Source of the DNA: Eledone cirrhosa
Taxonomy: Eukaryota
DNA length: 64,000 nucleotides
Assembly: GCA_964016885.1 (NCBI GenBank)
Contig: OZ024740.1
Span: 45,136,001 to 45,200,000, forward strand
Direction: 5' to 3'
Below are positions 20,122-33,668 of this stretch, piece after piece (within the stretch, counting starts at the first letter, position 1; each line of letters begins with the position of its first letter). The position numbers were made by a program, and so were the translations under genes. The notes beneath the pieces were generated by a model, which worked only from the letters and a program-made list of their open reading frames with translations, did not search any database and was not told where the DNA came from.

Positions 20122-21970
20122 TATATATATATATCATATATATCATATATATATCATCATCATCATCATCACCGTTTTACGTCCGTTCTTCCACGCTAGC
20201 ATGGGTTAGACGGGTTGTCCTGTTGTGGGCAGTGTCTGGTCGGCTGACCATGCCTTGCTCATACAGGAACTGATCTGGCTTGATTTCTACAGCTGGATGC
20301 CCTTCCTAACACCAACCTCATTTACAGTGAGTGCTGGGTGCTTTTTCGTGGCGCCTACACGTCCACTTTACAGTGTAGGCTGGGTGCTTTTTTGCCGTGG
20401 CACCTCCACGACCACCTTGCGGTGGGGGGAGTGGGGGCATATTGTTTATATGCTTCAGCATGTACCCATGGGAGGTCGGGTACCCTGTATTACTGCGTGA
20501 CGCCAGAAGTCGCGGTCGTGTGTCATTGACTTTGAGAGGTGTAGTTGGGTAAGGTCGGCTTTTATCACCTCATCCCAAGTCATCTTGGGTCTCCCCACTC
20601 CGCGGTTTCCATCAACTTCTAGTGCTCTGCACCTTTTTATGCAGCTGTCATCCTTCATACGCATCACATGTCCATACCAGCGTAACCGCCTCTCCTGCAC
20701 GCAGCATTTGATTCCTCTTATGCTCAGTCTCTCTCTCAATTCCTTTATGCTTTGTCGTTCACGTATATTACTGTTACACATCCATCGGAGCATGCAGGCT
20801 TCATTTCTCTCTAATCTACGTAAGTCTTCCACCTTCAGCGCCCAGGTCTCACTACCATGCAACATCGCTGTTCAGATACACGCATCATACAGTCTGCCTT
20901 TCATTCTGAGGGAGAAGCCTTTTGCAGCTAGCAGTGGTAGTAGTTCCCTAAACTTCTTCCATCCCGTTCTTACCCTAGTTATTGTACTTTCTGAGCACCC
21001 ACCTCCGTTGCTAATTCGGTCACCTAGGTAGCAGAAGCTGTCTACTGTTTCTACAGGGCCCTCCCAGAGATTGGTGGTACTTGTTTCCTGTGGCTGTTTG
21101 CTTGCTGTTTCAGCACAGCTGCTGCATGTGAATCCTACATTCTTAATTAAGCTTCCTGAGATCCCGCTACATCTCTTGTGTACCCATTGTTTGCATTTGG
21201 GGCAGAGAATGGAGTTCCTACCTACACCTTTCCTACATACTGAGCAAGGCCATTTCCCTGAGGGGATCTGGGTTCTGTTTTCTCGTCTACTTATAAGGAC
21301 CTTAGTCTTTGTCATGTTGACTTTGAGGCCCTTTCTCTCTACTCCCTGCTTCCAGGTTTGGAATTTATTCTCTAGTTCTACCATAGATTCAGCTATGAGT
21401 GCGAGGTCATCAGCATACAGGAGTTCCCATGGGCATCCGGTCTTAAACTCCTCCGTTATTGCCTGCAGGACTATGATGAACAGGAGAGGGCTAAGAACAG
21501 AGCCCTGGTGGACCCCAACCTGTACGCTAAATTCCTCGCTATACTCATTGCTAATCCTAACTTTGCTGACTGCTCCCCTATACATGGCTTGTACCGCTTT
21601 CACAAGCCATTCATCTACTCCTAGTTTTCTAAGAGCCCACCAGATTACTGCACGTGGAACTCTGTCAAAGGCTTTCTCAAGGTCGACAAATGCCAAGTAG
21701 AGTGGCTTACTTTTAGCTAGGTACTTTTCCTGTAATTGCCTCACAAGGAAGAGGGCATCAGTGGTGCCTTTCCCTGGTACAAACCCAAATTGTATCTCGT
21801 CTATATTCACCCGGTCCCTAATCAGCTGTGCTATAACTCTTTCTGTTACTTTCATGACCTGGTCCATCAACTTTATACCTCTATAGTTTCCTATATATAT
21901 ATATATATATCATATATATCATATATATATCATATATATATATCATATATATCATATATATCATATATAT

Positions 21971-22060
<90 letters not shown>

Positions 22061-22088
22061 TATATATATATATATATATATATATATG

Positions 22089-22153
<65 letters not shown>

Positions 22154-22218
22154 TATATATCATATATATATCATATATATCATATATATATCATATATAT
22201 CATATATATATCATATAT

Positions 22219-22273
<55 letters not shown>

Positions 22274-22439
22274 TATATGTGTGTTTGTGAGAGAGGAGAG
22301 AAAGAGAGATAAGAATTCTGACCAAATTTGAAACCCAATTTCTTGGCTCTCTGACCACCAGAATTCTAGCAGGAGTTACTAACTACAATAATCCAGGTAT
22401 TTCTATTATTTTGTTTTTTGCCTTTCACTGCAACAAAAA
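19915..22439. repeat. 169-bp inverted duplication of non-TE-looking DNA bracketing an RTE fragment
   Basis: 19915-20083 is the reverse complement of 22271-22439 except for one TT/CC doublet. Long (TA)n/(TATATATCA)n arrays lie inside. Confidence 0.85.
20153..21891 (-). mobile_element. 5'-truncated RTE LINE, subfamily 2 (RT, PHD-type insert, C-terminus, 3' UTR)
   Basis: GVHQGSVLSPLLF, LYADD, CSVC..CPKC..H..C..CSSC. One in-frame TGA at 20872-20874, probably from CGA. (GAT)n tail; (TA)n flanks. Confidence 0.92.
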
Positions 22440-23168
22440 GATGTTTTTTTTAAATCTAATTTGTGTTGATGTAGCATGTCTACTTGGCCCCTCCATATAT
22501 GACTCACTTTTTTAATGACCATTATAAAATAGATGTAATGTGAGGGACTGTGAAACACATATCATTTTGTATCATTGCTTTCAGTAACTATCTTTGTTTC
22601 AAAAAGATATAACATACACACATTAGTATCAAGTGTTGGTACAAAACCTGCTATCTTATTAACACAAACACATTATTCAAGCTATACAAATCTCACACCA
22701 CACAGTATATTGAGAATTAATACAACTCTCTCTCTCTAACACACACACAAGTATCAATTGTATATTACAGCTAATGTTGCTTACATTTACTACGCATTAC
22801 ACACATACAACTGTACATCACAAACATTCACATGATTATGAACTCACACACAATTTTGTGACAATACATCTTTAGTATTCTCTTGTGCATAATTTTCTGT
22901 TAACTTTTCAACAGTAAATTATGAACTGTGTGAATTCTTCCATGTTACATGTTAACTAGTTTTCTTTCAACTTACAATAGCCTCTAATTCTGTTTATGCC
23001 TTACATGTAATGGATATTTCAAGCATAGTCTTTATAAATCCATTGTAGACACGTTAAACTTTTTAAGAAATGGATTAGAATACAGATATGTTTTACATCA
23101 ATTTTCTCTATAAATTTTGTCTTCTTCAGATTATTCATGAATAATGCTTTCATACTTTATATACATAA

Positions 23169-23290
23169 AGGCACATGGCTGAGTGGTTAGAGAATGGATT
23201 TTCAATCGGGAGGTTGTGATTTTGATTCCCAGACCAGGCAATGCATTATGACTTTGAACAAGACACTTTATTTTACATTGCTCCTTCTGC
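23169..23290 (+). mobile_element. tRNA-derived SINE head (family of 1630-1966)
   Basis: GGCACATGGCTGAGTGGTTAGAG...CTTTGAACAAGACACTTTATTTTACATTGCTCC. Confidence 0.6.
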
Positions 23291-23894
23291 CTGGATTTGT
23301 GAACAACAGGTAGTATTAGCAATTTGAAAGACCAATGGAAACATTGTTTCTTTGGTCCGATTTGACATTAAGTGAATGAGGTCTGGAATCTTGTCGATTG
23401 ACTGTCGACATATATATTTATATATATATATATTGTTTGTGTGTGGAAGTATAATTGTATTTTTAAAATATGATGTTGCATATGCAATCATGTTTGCATA
23501 TTGTTTCAATTCATCCAACTATTTATTATTCCCAGAAAATATTTATATGATACATACAATTGTTCTAATATAAATGCAAACAGTTATTCCAAACTAACAC
23601 TATACCTGAACTCAACCTGACCCACCAGATACATACCATACTAGATATGAAGTAAAACTAGTCAAACCTTTCAGAATTATACAAAAAAACTCCCAGTAGG
23701 CAGCTACTGACATATTACGTGGTTTCTATATAACTCTGCAGCAACTACTCCCCTATTACGTAATTGGTATTGCACCCTCACAGAATCAGAAGAATCACAA
23801 AAAAATAAACTCCAGCCATATACTCTCAACGAAAAAGAACTAATAAACTCTATTATGCCCACTAGACCATTTATATTATACATAAATACTGTAA

Positions 23895-24335
23895 ATATGG
23901 TTGGTGTCAGGAAAGGCAGAAAACCTGCCAGATAGTCCTATATGAGCGAGACACGGTCACCTAACCAATCTTGCTTCAAGTGGGACAACTCCCATCTAAC
24001 CCATGCTAGCATGGAAGATAGATGTTAAACAATGATGATGATGATGATGATATATATATGTATGTATCATCATCATCATCATCACCGTTTTACGTCCATT
24101 TTTTCATGTTAGCATAGGTCAGATGAGTTGTCTTGTTGTGGACAATGCTATATCAGGTGACCATGTCTTGCTCATACAGAACTGATTCTGGCTTGATTTC
24201 TAAAGCTGGATACCCTTCCTAATGCCAACCTCACAGACAGTGAGCACTGGGTGTGTTTTGTCATGACGCCTACACGACCACTTTACAGTGTGGACTGGGT
24301 GCTTTTTGTCATAACACCTATATGACCACTTTACA
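23895..24335. mobile_element. Two RTE-type 3' tail fragments in opposite orientation
   Basis: Plus-strand GGTTGGTGTCAGGAA...(GAT)n at ~23895-24050 and minus-strand copy at ~24067-24335. Confidence 0.6.
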
Positions 24336-24348
24336 GAATGTATGTATG

Positions 24349-24380
<32 letters not shown>

Positions 24381-24532
24381 TTTGTATTATGCTTTCAGGT
24401 TGTTTAGTTTTTATTGAGAAGTCAGAAGCTCCACTTAAGTACTTACCTAGTCTATTGACAACCTGTCTACAACTTGAAAGCAGGGAAAATGGATGTTAAA
24501 TGATGATGATGATAATGATATATATATATATA

Positions 24533-27500
24533 TCATCATCATCACCGTTTTACGTCCGTTCTTCCATGCTAGCATGGGTTAGACGGGTTGTCCTGTTGTG
24601 AGCAGTGTCTGGTCGGCTGACCATGCCTTGCTCATACAGGAACTGATTTAGGCTTGGTTTCTACAGCTGGATGCCCTTCCTAACACCAACCTTATTTACA
24701 GTGAGTGCTGGGTGCTTTTTTCCGTGGCGCCTACACGTCCACTTTACAGTCTGGGCTGGGTGCTTTTTTGCCGTGGCACCTCCAAGACTACTTTGCAGTG
24801 GGAGGGTGTGGGGGCATATTGTCTATATGCTTCAGCTTGTACCCATAGGAGGTCGGGTACTCTGTATTACTGCGGGACGCCAGAGGTCACGGTCGTGTGT
24901 CATCGCCTTTGAGAGGTGTAATTGGGTAAGGTCGGCTTTTATCACCTCATCCCAGGTCTTCTTGGGTCTCCCTACTCCGCGGTTTTCATTGACTTCTAGT
25001 GCTCTGCACCTTTTTATGCAGCTGTCATCCTTCATATGCATCACATGTCCATACCAACGCAACCGCCTCTCCTGCACACAGCATTTGATTCCTCTTATGT
25101 TCAGTCTCTCTCTCAAGTCATTTATGCTTTGCCGTTCGCATATATTACTATTACACATCCATCGGAGCATGCAGGCTTCGTTTCTTTCTAATCTACGTAA
25201 GTCTTCCACCTTCAGCGCCCAGGTCTCACTACCATGTAACATTGCTGTTTGGATACACGCATCATACAGTCTCCCTTTCATTTTGAGGAAGAAGCCTTTT
25301 GCAGCTAGCAGTGGCAGTAGTTCCCTGAACTTCTTCCATCCCATTCTTACCCTAGTTATTGTACTTTCTGAATACCCACCTCCGCTGCTAATTTGGTCAC
25401 CTAGGTAGCAGAAGCTGTCTACTGTTTCTACAGAGCCCTCCCAGAGATTGGTGGTACTTGTTTCCTGTGGCTGTTTGCTGCTTGCTGTCCCAGCACAGCT
25501 GCTACATGTGAAGCTTACATTCTTAATTAAGCTTCCTGAAATCCCGCTACATCTCTTGTGTACCCATTGTTTGCATTTGGGGCAGAGAATGGAGTTCTTA
25601 CCTACACCTTTCCTCATACTGAGCAAGGCCATTTCCCTGAGGGGATCTGGGTTCTGTTTTCTCGTCTACTTACAAGGACCTTAGTCTTTGTCATGTTGAC
25701 TTTGAGACCCTTTCTTTCTAGTCCCTGCTTCCAAGTTTGGAATTTCTTCTCTAGTTCTACCATAGATTCAGCTATAAGTGCGAGGTCATCTGCATACAGG
25801 AGTTCCCATGGGCATCTGGTCTTAAACTCCTCCATTATTGCCTGCAGGACTATGATGAACAGGAGAGGGCTAAGAACAGAGCCCTGGTGGACACCAACCT
25901 GTACGCTAAATTCCTCGCTATACTCATTGCTAATCCTAACTTTGCTGACTGCTCCCTTATACATGGCTTGTACAGCTTTCACAAGCCATTCATCTACTCC
26001 TAGTTTTCTAAGAGCCCACCAGATTATAGCACGTGGAACTCTGTCAAAGGCTTTCTCGAGATCGACAAATGCCAGGTAGAGTGGCTTACTTTTAGCTAGG
26101 TACTTTTCCTGTAACTGCCTCACAAGGAAGAGGGCGTCAGTGGTGCCTCTTCCTGGTACAAACCCAAATTGCATCTCATCTGGTTTCACCCGGTCCTTAA
26201 TCAACTGTGCTATAATTCTTTCTGTTACTTTCATGACCTGGTCCATCAGCTTTATACCTCTATAGTTTCCTCTATCTAGTGCATCACCTTTACCTTTGTA
26301 GCAGTTGACAATGATGCTACTGCACCAATCTTTTGGTATGACACCTTCTAGTATTACCTGGTTAACAATACATGTGGTTATAGTGTGACCTACAGACCCA
26401 GATGCCTTCAGCATCTCGGCAGCTATACCCGATGGACCGGTTGCCTTCCCGATCTTCATATCTTTGATTTCCTTACTTACTACGCTGCTGCTGACTTGTA
26501 CTGCTGGCCCCTCTATAGGGTCTACTTGGGGGTAGGGTCTCTTCTTCCCATGCATTCTCCTCATTTAGTAATCTATCATAATGACTCTTCCATGCATCTT
26601 TCTTCTCAGCACTTGTGAGGGCAAGCTCACCTTTATCATTCCAGATACACTTCTCTCCAATGACATCACAATTCTCTCTGACACACTGCCTCGCAATCTT
26701 GAACACCTCTTGTTTCTGGTCCTCATGTTGCAAAACATGCTTGAATTTTCTATCCTCTGCTTCCCTCCTAGCTAAGTATACTTGTCGCCTAGCTTCCCTC
26801 TTGGTCTCTATGTAATGTACCCTGCTTCCCCCGTTCTTCCATTCTTTCCATGCCTGTCTCTTGGCCTTAACTGCCTCATCTACCTTATTGTTCCACCACC
26901 CAGTCACTCTCCTCCTGCTTGTGGTCTTACTCCAGCCACAGATCTCATCCGTCGCCTCTAGTAAGTTATTTTTTAGGAACCCCCAGTGCTCTTCTACATT
27001 GAATGTCTCTATCTGTTCTTCTTTACTGTCGTAAGCATTGAGTAAAATATCTTTAAATCTGTTACTGGCCAAGGGGTCTTTCAGCTTCCAGATCTTCCTT
27101 CTCCAGGTTGGCCTCTGTTTCCAGATTTGTCTAGTTCTGACCGTGAGGTCGCTGACAACTAAGCTATGTTGGGAGGTACATTCCTCATTAGGGAAGGCTT
27201 TTGTGTTTACAACCGTCCATCTGTCACGTCCTCTGATGAGGATAAAATCTATCTGACTAGAATGCTCCCCTGATCTATAGGTGATCAGGTGGTTGTCGGG
27301 TTTTTTGAAGGTTGTGTTACATATCGACATGTCATTGGCGTCGCAGAATTCTAGAAGTCTGAATTCTTCTTCATTTCTTGTGCCAACCCCATGGCCTCCA
27401 TGGACTCTATTGAAGCCGTCACAGTGTTTACCTACGTGTCCGTTAAAATCTCCTGCAATGATTAGGAAGTCATTGTCGTTTGTTAGAGCAGTAGTGTGCA

Positions 27501-27583
27501 TTAGGGACTCGTAAAACCTATCCTTAAGTTCATCTGGCAACCCCGATTGGGGTGCGTAAGCTGATACTGATTGGGGTGCTAAG

Positions 27584-27587
<4 letters not shown>
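24533..27587 (-). mobile_element. 5'-truncated RTE LINE, subfamily 2, frameshifted (EN, RT, PHD-type insert)
   Basis: Three consecutive ORF pieces (26473-27681, 25614-26564, 24832-25632) give [32 protein letters not shown]. Highly similar to 20153-21891. (TA)n flanks and (GAT)n tail. Confidence 0.92.
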
Positions 27588-27615
<28 letters not shown>

Positions 27616-27619
<4 letters not shown>

Positions 27620-28152
27620 AACACGTCTGTTGAGCACTCTGATTCGATATGTGATATTTTGTATTCGTACATGATTTGCACATTACCGAAAATCTTTCGC
27701 TAATGTAGAGGTTATCTCCCTTGCTGGGCACCATGTGCTTTTCTGGCTAAGGGTCTTCTCTTCATTATCGGACGAAATTCCCGTTGAAAAAGCTCTTCTG
27801 CGTCCCCCCTTCTCTAGAAGTCTCATATATTTTTTATGTGGGCTGATATTGATTGGATTAAGGAATTGCAGAAACCCAAGAAGCTAGATTTAACATCTTT
27901 CTAGCGGGTCCGGGTAAGTTTTTTACATTCATTTAATTTATTGATTTATTGATATTTTATTTGAGTGACCCGAATCTTCCTGGTCGTTCTTTTTCGGCTG
28001 TATGGGTGATTTTAGGCATGACCTCTATGTGTTGGTAATTTAACGATGGTTATAGCTCTGATTTATCCAAATTATTGAACCCTCTGCCACACATATCGGA
28101 TTTGTTTATCGTTAATTCGTAGGCTGTTTTTCCGATTCTCGATTATTCTACT
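27616..28152. mobile_element. Unclassified CpG-rich non-coding insertion between two (TA)n runs
   Basis: Composition contrasts with flanking DNA; same (TA)n context as the 6.5-8.3 kb elements; no ORF. Confidence 0.4.
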
Positions 28153-28254
28153 ATATATATATATATATATATATTATCATCATCATCATCGCCATTTTAC
28201 ATCTATTTTCCATGTTTAGGCTGAATTAAGTGCAAGAATTGCAGGAGCTTGCAC

Positions 28255-28730
28255 AGTTTCAGCATTCAGTAATCAGAAGAAAGGAAGGTAAATGTAAAAG
28301 CCAAATTGGCTATCTTCAACTCGATATTTGTACCAACCCTTACCTATGGTCATGAATCTTGAGTAATAACTAAAAGAATATGACTGCAAATTTCAAGTGG
28401 CTGAAATGGGGTTTCTCTGAAGGGTCTTTGGAGTAACATTTCTTGATAGAGTGCATTGATCAGAAATGAGAGAGTCACTCAAGGTAAAGCTGCCACTTCT
28501 CTGAATTGAGAGCTCATAGCTCTGATTTTACAAGCAAAACCAGCTGGCAGGTGATCCAAGGGTAGACCTCTAGCATGATGGTTGGATAACATTCATGAGT
28601 TTGGCTGGTCTTGCCTGGTGGTCCAGCCACCTCAATTGGAGATGGTTGCTTCTGATAGAAGTTGCTGGAAGGAGTGTTTGAGGACTCTTCCCCCCACGAC
28701 CCTCTCGGGGAATAAGTGGGAGGAGGAGCC
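28255..28730 (+). mobile_element. Degenerate Rex3/Expander-type RTE 3' fragment
   Basis: Remnant KAKLAIFNSIFVPTLTYGHES*...AEMGFL*RVFGVTFLDRV; paralogous to 59138-59603. Confidence 0.7.
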
Positions 28731-28994
28731 AATATGTTTTAGGGTATTAGAAAGCATCAAAATCATAAAGTCTACAGCTGTCATTCTTCTTATCATATTC
28801 CCTCTCCACCCCTATCCTTTTCTCTTTCTTTTTTTCTCTCTCCCCTCTCTTTTCACCAAAAAAGAACTTTGGTTTCTTATGAGTAGATGAGTTGCATGTT
28901 TTCTACTAATAGATAATATCTGTCTTAGCTTGAGTGTTTGGACTATTTTTTTAAATCAGAAGAATAAAGACAGTTGACACCCATTTCAGCATGT

Positions 28995-29086
28995 CTAACG
29001 CTTTAGCATTTAGATTGACCATATTCAGCCAGAATTCTTTATATGCCGAATTCTGGATATGCCCAGTTTAAATGCTAAAGGGTTAA
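28995..29086. mobile_element. Short piggyBac-type MITE
   Basis: Inverted ends TAACGCTTTAGCATTTAGA / TTTAAATGCTAAAGGGTTAA, terminating in AGGG-TTAA. Confidence 0.5.
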
Positions 29087-29829
29087 ACCAGCCATAACTG
29101 GCTGCTCATATTGATATTAAGGAATTGTTCTCAAAATAAATAACATCAAAATCTCATAGTTTTGATATTATGTGAGATAATTATGTAAGATAAAGTCTTT
29201 ACCATAAAAATACAATTGTATATATAGAATAATGTAAATGCTAAAAGGCTATGTACCCTTGAGGATCTTTCAATATGTTTTTAAATCTTGGCAATAAAAG
29301 ATGAAATTCTTGAATATTCTGTTCTAAGGTCAAAGCATGTGATTTATTTATCATTTTCTTTAAGAGTATTTCTATTATTGTCATTAATTTCATATTGTTT
29401 TTGTTCACTATGTTTGCAGTAGTTTTGTTATAATTCTTCTATCAACACAACATGCATCATTCCTACCCTATATAGATTTCCAGCAGCTTTCAATTTGTTC
29501 TTCTGATAGAGTTCATTAAGTTGAATCTACTGTAGACTGGTTTGGGAGTCTCTAGCAGACAATCTATTCAGCATTTTGCATTATAATAGGTAGATTCTAG
29601 CCTTTTCAGTTGTGGCTGTAAGTTCTTATTTCAGCTGATGTTAATAGTTCACATTCAAATGTTGGTCTCCAAACTGATTTTTCTTATTTTACTTTTATAT
29701 GTTCTTCATGTTTTGTGAATGTATGGTCTTTATTACATTATTACAATAATGAAATGTTCTATTATATTTTCCTTTTAGAGTTATGGGCCTACCCTGACTC
29801 AGGGTATTTTCTTGCATGTCTATCCATTT

Positions 29830-31783
29830 ACCTCTCTACTAAAGCGGAATAAATCTTCCAACCATCTCAAGCAAGTGACAAAGAAGGCAGTGCTTGAATT
29901 TGAACAGTGCATAGCAACCAATCCTGATAGTAAGGTGTTCTGGAAATATGTTCATTCAAAGCAGAGACCTCACTCTCCAGTTGGTCCTCTTCGCAATCCC
30001 GACACAAGCCAGATCACTGACGATCCCAAAGAATGCGCAGAACTCATTGCTGAGTGCTATGCAAGCATTTTTACTGTTGAAAACTAGAATGTACCATCTC
30101 CACCATCTCTAACATCAAATTCCATAACAACTATGGAATTTACACCTGCAATGTGCACAACTATACCTCCCCTGGTCTTGATGGTGTTACATACCTGCTT
30201 CTGTGGCAGGTACTTCCTTTTGCACCAGCTTTCTTTCTTCTCTCAATACTGTCTCAACAATGGTGCTACTCCGGAGCAGTGGAAAACTGCCAGTATCATT
30301 CCCCTGTTCAAAAAGGGTGACCGCACGTCACCTGTCAACTATCGTCCAGTCAGCCTTACTAGCTGAACTGATGGAATCCTGTGTCAGAGAAACACTTTGG
30401 AACTTCTGAAACTCTCACAGCCTCATCCAGCCCTCGCAGTTTGGATTTATCCCTAACTCCAGCTGCTGTGATCAGCTTATCGAGTTCCTTGAAGACATTA
30501 CCCGGATCACTGACAACAGCTCATGGGTGGATGTTGTTTACCTTAACTTTACTAAGGCTTTTAATTCTGTGCCACACAAAAGACTTATGGCAAAACTCTC
30601 TGCAATGAGTGTGAGGGGTGATCTTTTTAACTGGTTGAAATCCTTCATTCTCAGCCGAAAAGAGGTAGTCACGGTTCTAGGACAACATTCTTCACCATAT
30701 GAGATGTCATCTGGTGTACCACAGGGATCTGTTCTTGGTCCCCTTTTGTTTGTGGCATATATTAATGACATAGATGCCAACTTACAGAATGCCACGGTAC
30801 TGAAATATGCAGATGACATCAAGCTGTACCTTGAAATCAAAAGGACTGATCCTGAAATCTACAACTCTTTCCTACAATCAGACCTGGACACAATGCAGCA
30901 ATGGATCACAGACTGGCAACTGAAGCTGGCTGTGGACAAGTGTAACACCATGCATTTTGGGAGGAAAAATCCAGCGTCCACATACTCCCTCTACAACATT
31001 GATATCAAGAAGTCCTCTTGTGAACGTGACCTGGGCATTACTGTCAGCAGCGATTTGCGTTGGACAAAGCATGTCTCTAAGATTGTCAAGAAGGCCGAGG
31101 GTGTCTTGGCATCACTCAGCAAGACCTTTGTTAGCCGCTCTCCAGCCATCTATTTAAAGCTGTATACAGCTATGGTACGACCACACTTGGAATTCGCATC
31201 ATCAGTCTGGAACCTCTATCTTGCTTAGAACATTGACCTCCTGGAAACTGTTCAGAGACGTGCAACCAAGCGCATACCCTCCATCAGACACCTACCATAC
31301 TCTGAACGCCTTGATTCCCTGGGCATGGATTCATTGAAGCTCCGACATCTGGCAATGGACTTGGTAAACACCCACAAAGTTATTAACCATCTCGCCAACA
31401 ACAACCCTGAGCACCTTTTTGATCTCTATGTGTCTAACACACGTGGACATGCCTACAAAATCAGAAAACAGCACAGCTCCCATGACTTTCATAAACATTT
31501 TTTCACACTCAGAGTTGCTGAAGCATGGAACAAACTGCCTGCGTCAGTTGTTAGCTGCCGAGACACTGCATCCTTTAAAACCCTCATGCTTCCCGAAATT
31601 CGCCAAAACTACACCTGATGTACTCCTTCCATACACATGCACACATGTGTATATCATGACTCATGTACTGTTCATTTTCCTGACGTTTGTACATTATCCT
31701 ATATATTATACATACACTTTTTGATGAGCTGTAGTGCACCTGAGCACTGTACACAATATTTCATTATTATTATTGTTGTTATT
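29830..31783 (+). mobile_element. 5'-truncated CR1-clade LINE, disrupted
   Basis: FWKYV, WKTASIIPLFKKG..NYRPVSLTS, SGVPQGSVLGPLLF, KYADD, ERDLGI, VRPHLEFASSVW, TRGH, RVAEAWNKLP across several frames. 3' UTR with AGTGC-ACCTGA-GCACT hairpin and (TTA)n tail. Confidence 0.9.
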
Positions 31784-33665
31784 CCTTGAATCTCAGTCAT
31801 TGATGTTGGTTAACTGGAAAGTCCGTTGGATTGAATATCAAGCCACTACCTGCAGCCTCAGATATTCAGGACGTATCGGAGGGTTCTTGCTGTTCCAAGC
31901 AAGCATGCCTTTTGAAGCGTTCCAAAAAGCGTGAAGGGGCCGATTTTCTTTAACCATCCCTGGAAACTTTTGGAGATAGTCCCCAGTGCGCCTATGACAA
32001 TCGGGATCACTTTGACTTCATGGCAGTTCCAAATCCTTTTCACCTCCCACTTTAGGTCCTGGTATCGGTTAATTTTCTCCCTCTCCTTCTCTTGCACTCT
32101 CGTGTCGAACGGGCAGGCCACATCCACAATCAGACACGATCTTTTTTCTTTGTCCACAACCACCAGGTCAGGTCTATTGTGTTCCAGTTTTTTGTCCGTC
32201 TGTATCCTAAAATCCCACAGCACCTTCACCTGATTGTTCTCCATCACCGCCTCTGGCCTATGCTCATACCATTTCTCAGAATGTGGTAAATTGTTTACTT
32301 TGCACAGGTGCCAGTGGATCACCCTGCCCATCACATCGTGTCTCCAGCCCTTATAGTGGGTCTGGGCTAGGTGTTTACACTCGGACACAATGTGAGCCAC
32401 AGTCTCCTCTCTCTCTCTCCACAGATCCTGCACAGTGGGCTAGCCTCCTCCTTGTAGATATGGTGCTTCAACCACTTCGTTTTGAGGGCCTGCTCCTGCG
32501 CAGCCATTAGCATTCCTTCTGTAGCCTTTTTGAGGTCTCCTCTTCTCAACCAGTTCCATGTCTGTGGATCTCTAAATTCAGTTTTCTCAAAGAAGGTACT
32601 ATGAAGGGATTTTCCCTTAAGGCTGCACTTCCTCCTTGATGTTATTTCCTCCTTGGACATCCCCTGGCCTACTGTCCCCTCCTTCAGTACAGTTCTGAGC
32701 ATTGGCTCCTTACTATAGGTCACGTATTTGTATAGGTTGTTTTTCTCCATCTGAACACAGTCCTCTATGCTGATAAGACCTCTTCCACCCTCAGATCTCC
32801 TTAGGTAGAGTCTATCGACATCACTCCTCTTGTGGAACATGTTGTAGATAGTCAATAGCTTTCTAGTCTTCCTATCCATTTCTTTTTGTTCAGCAACATT
32901 CCATCTCAGAATTCCCGCACTGTACCTAATAATAGACACAGCTCGGGAATTTACTGCGCTTATGGCATTTCTGCTGTTCAGATGTGACTTCAATATGCTC
33001 CTTACTCTCCGAATGTATTCAGTTCTTAACAATTCCTTCATTTTTTTGTTCTTTATGCCATCAGCCTCCAGAACGCCCAAATACTTGTATCCTTCCTCAG
33101 AGTCAATTTCCTTTATCATCTCACCTGTTGGTATCTGGATCCCGTTACTTCTGCTCAACCTACCCCTCTTCATCACAATGACTCCACATTTACCAATACC
33201 AAACTGCATACATATATCACTGCTGAAAATACGGACAGTGTCAACAAGCACATCCAACTCCTTCTCACTTTTCCCGAAGAGCTTAAGATCGTCCATGAAG
33301 AGGAGGTGATTGATGGTAAGCTCTCCCCTTCCCAACTTGTATCCTGCTCTCACTTTTCGCAGCATAATGGTCAAGGGCATCAGGGCAAGGACAAACAACA
33401 GAGGGGACAGGCTATCTCCCTGGAAGATACCTCTCTTGATCTTCACGCTTCCCAAGGATACTCCAGTTGATGTCAACTCTGTCTCCCAGGACCCCATACT
33501 CCTGCCTAGCAACTGTCTGATGTTATCTGCCACCCTGAAGATCTCCAGGCTTTTGGTGATCCAGGAATGAGGCACCATGTCAAATGCCTTTCTGTAGTCT
33601 ATCCATCCCATGGCAAGATCAGTGTGTCTCCTCCTGCAATTCCCCATTACCATCTTATCAATAAG

Positions 33666-33668
<3 letters not shown>
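31784..33668 (-). mobile_element. 5'-truncated R4/Dong-like (restriction-like endonuclease) non-LTR retrotransposon
   Basis: WIDYRKAFDMVPH, GIFQGDSLSPLLF, HLLFMDD, YKYLG; CCHC finger CRIC...ETVAHIVSEC; RHD, RPDLVV, IVDVACP, EKINRYQDL. Frameshift in a (CT)n run near 32402-32420. (TAA)n on both flanks. Confidence 0.9.
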
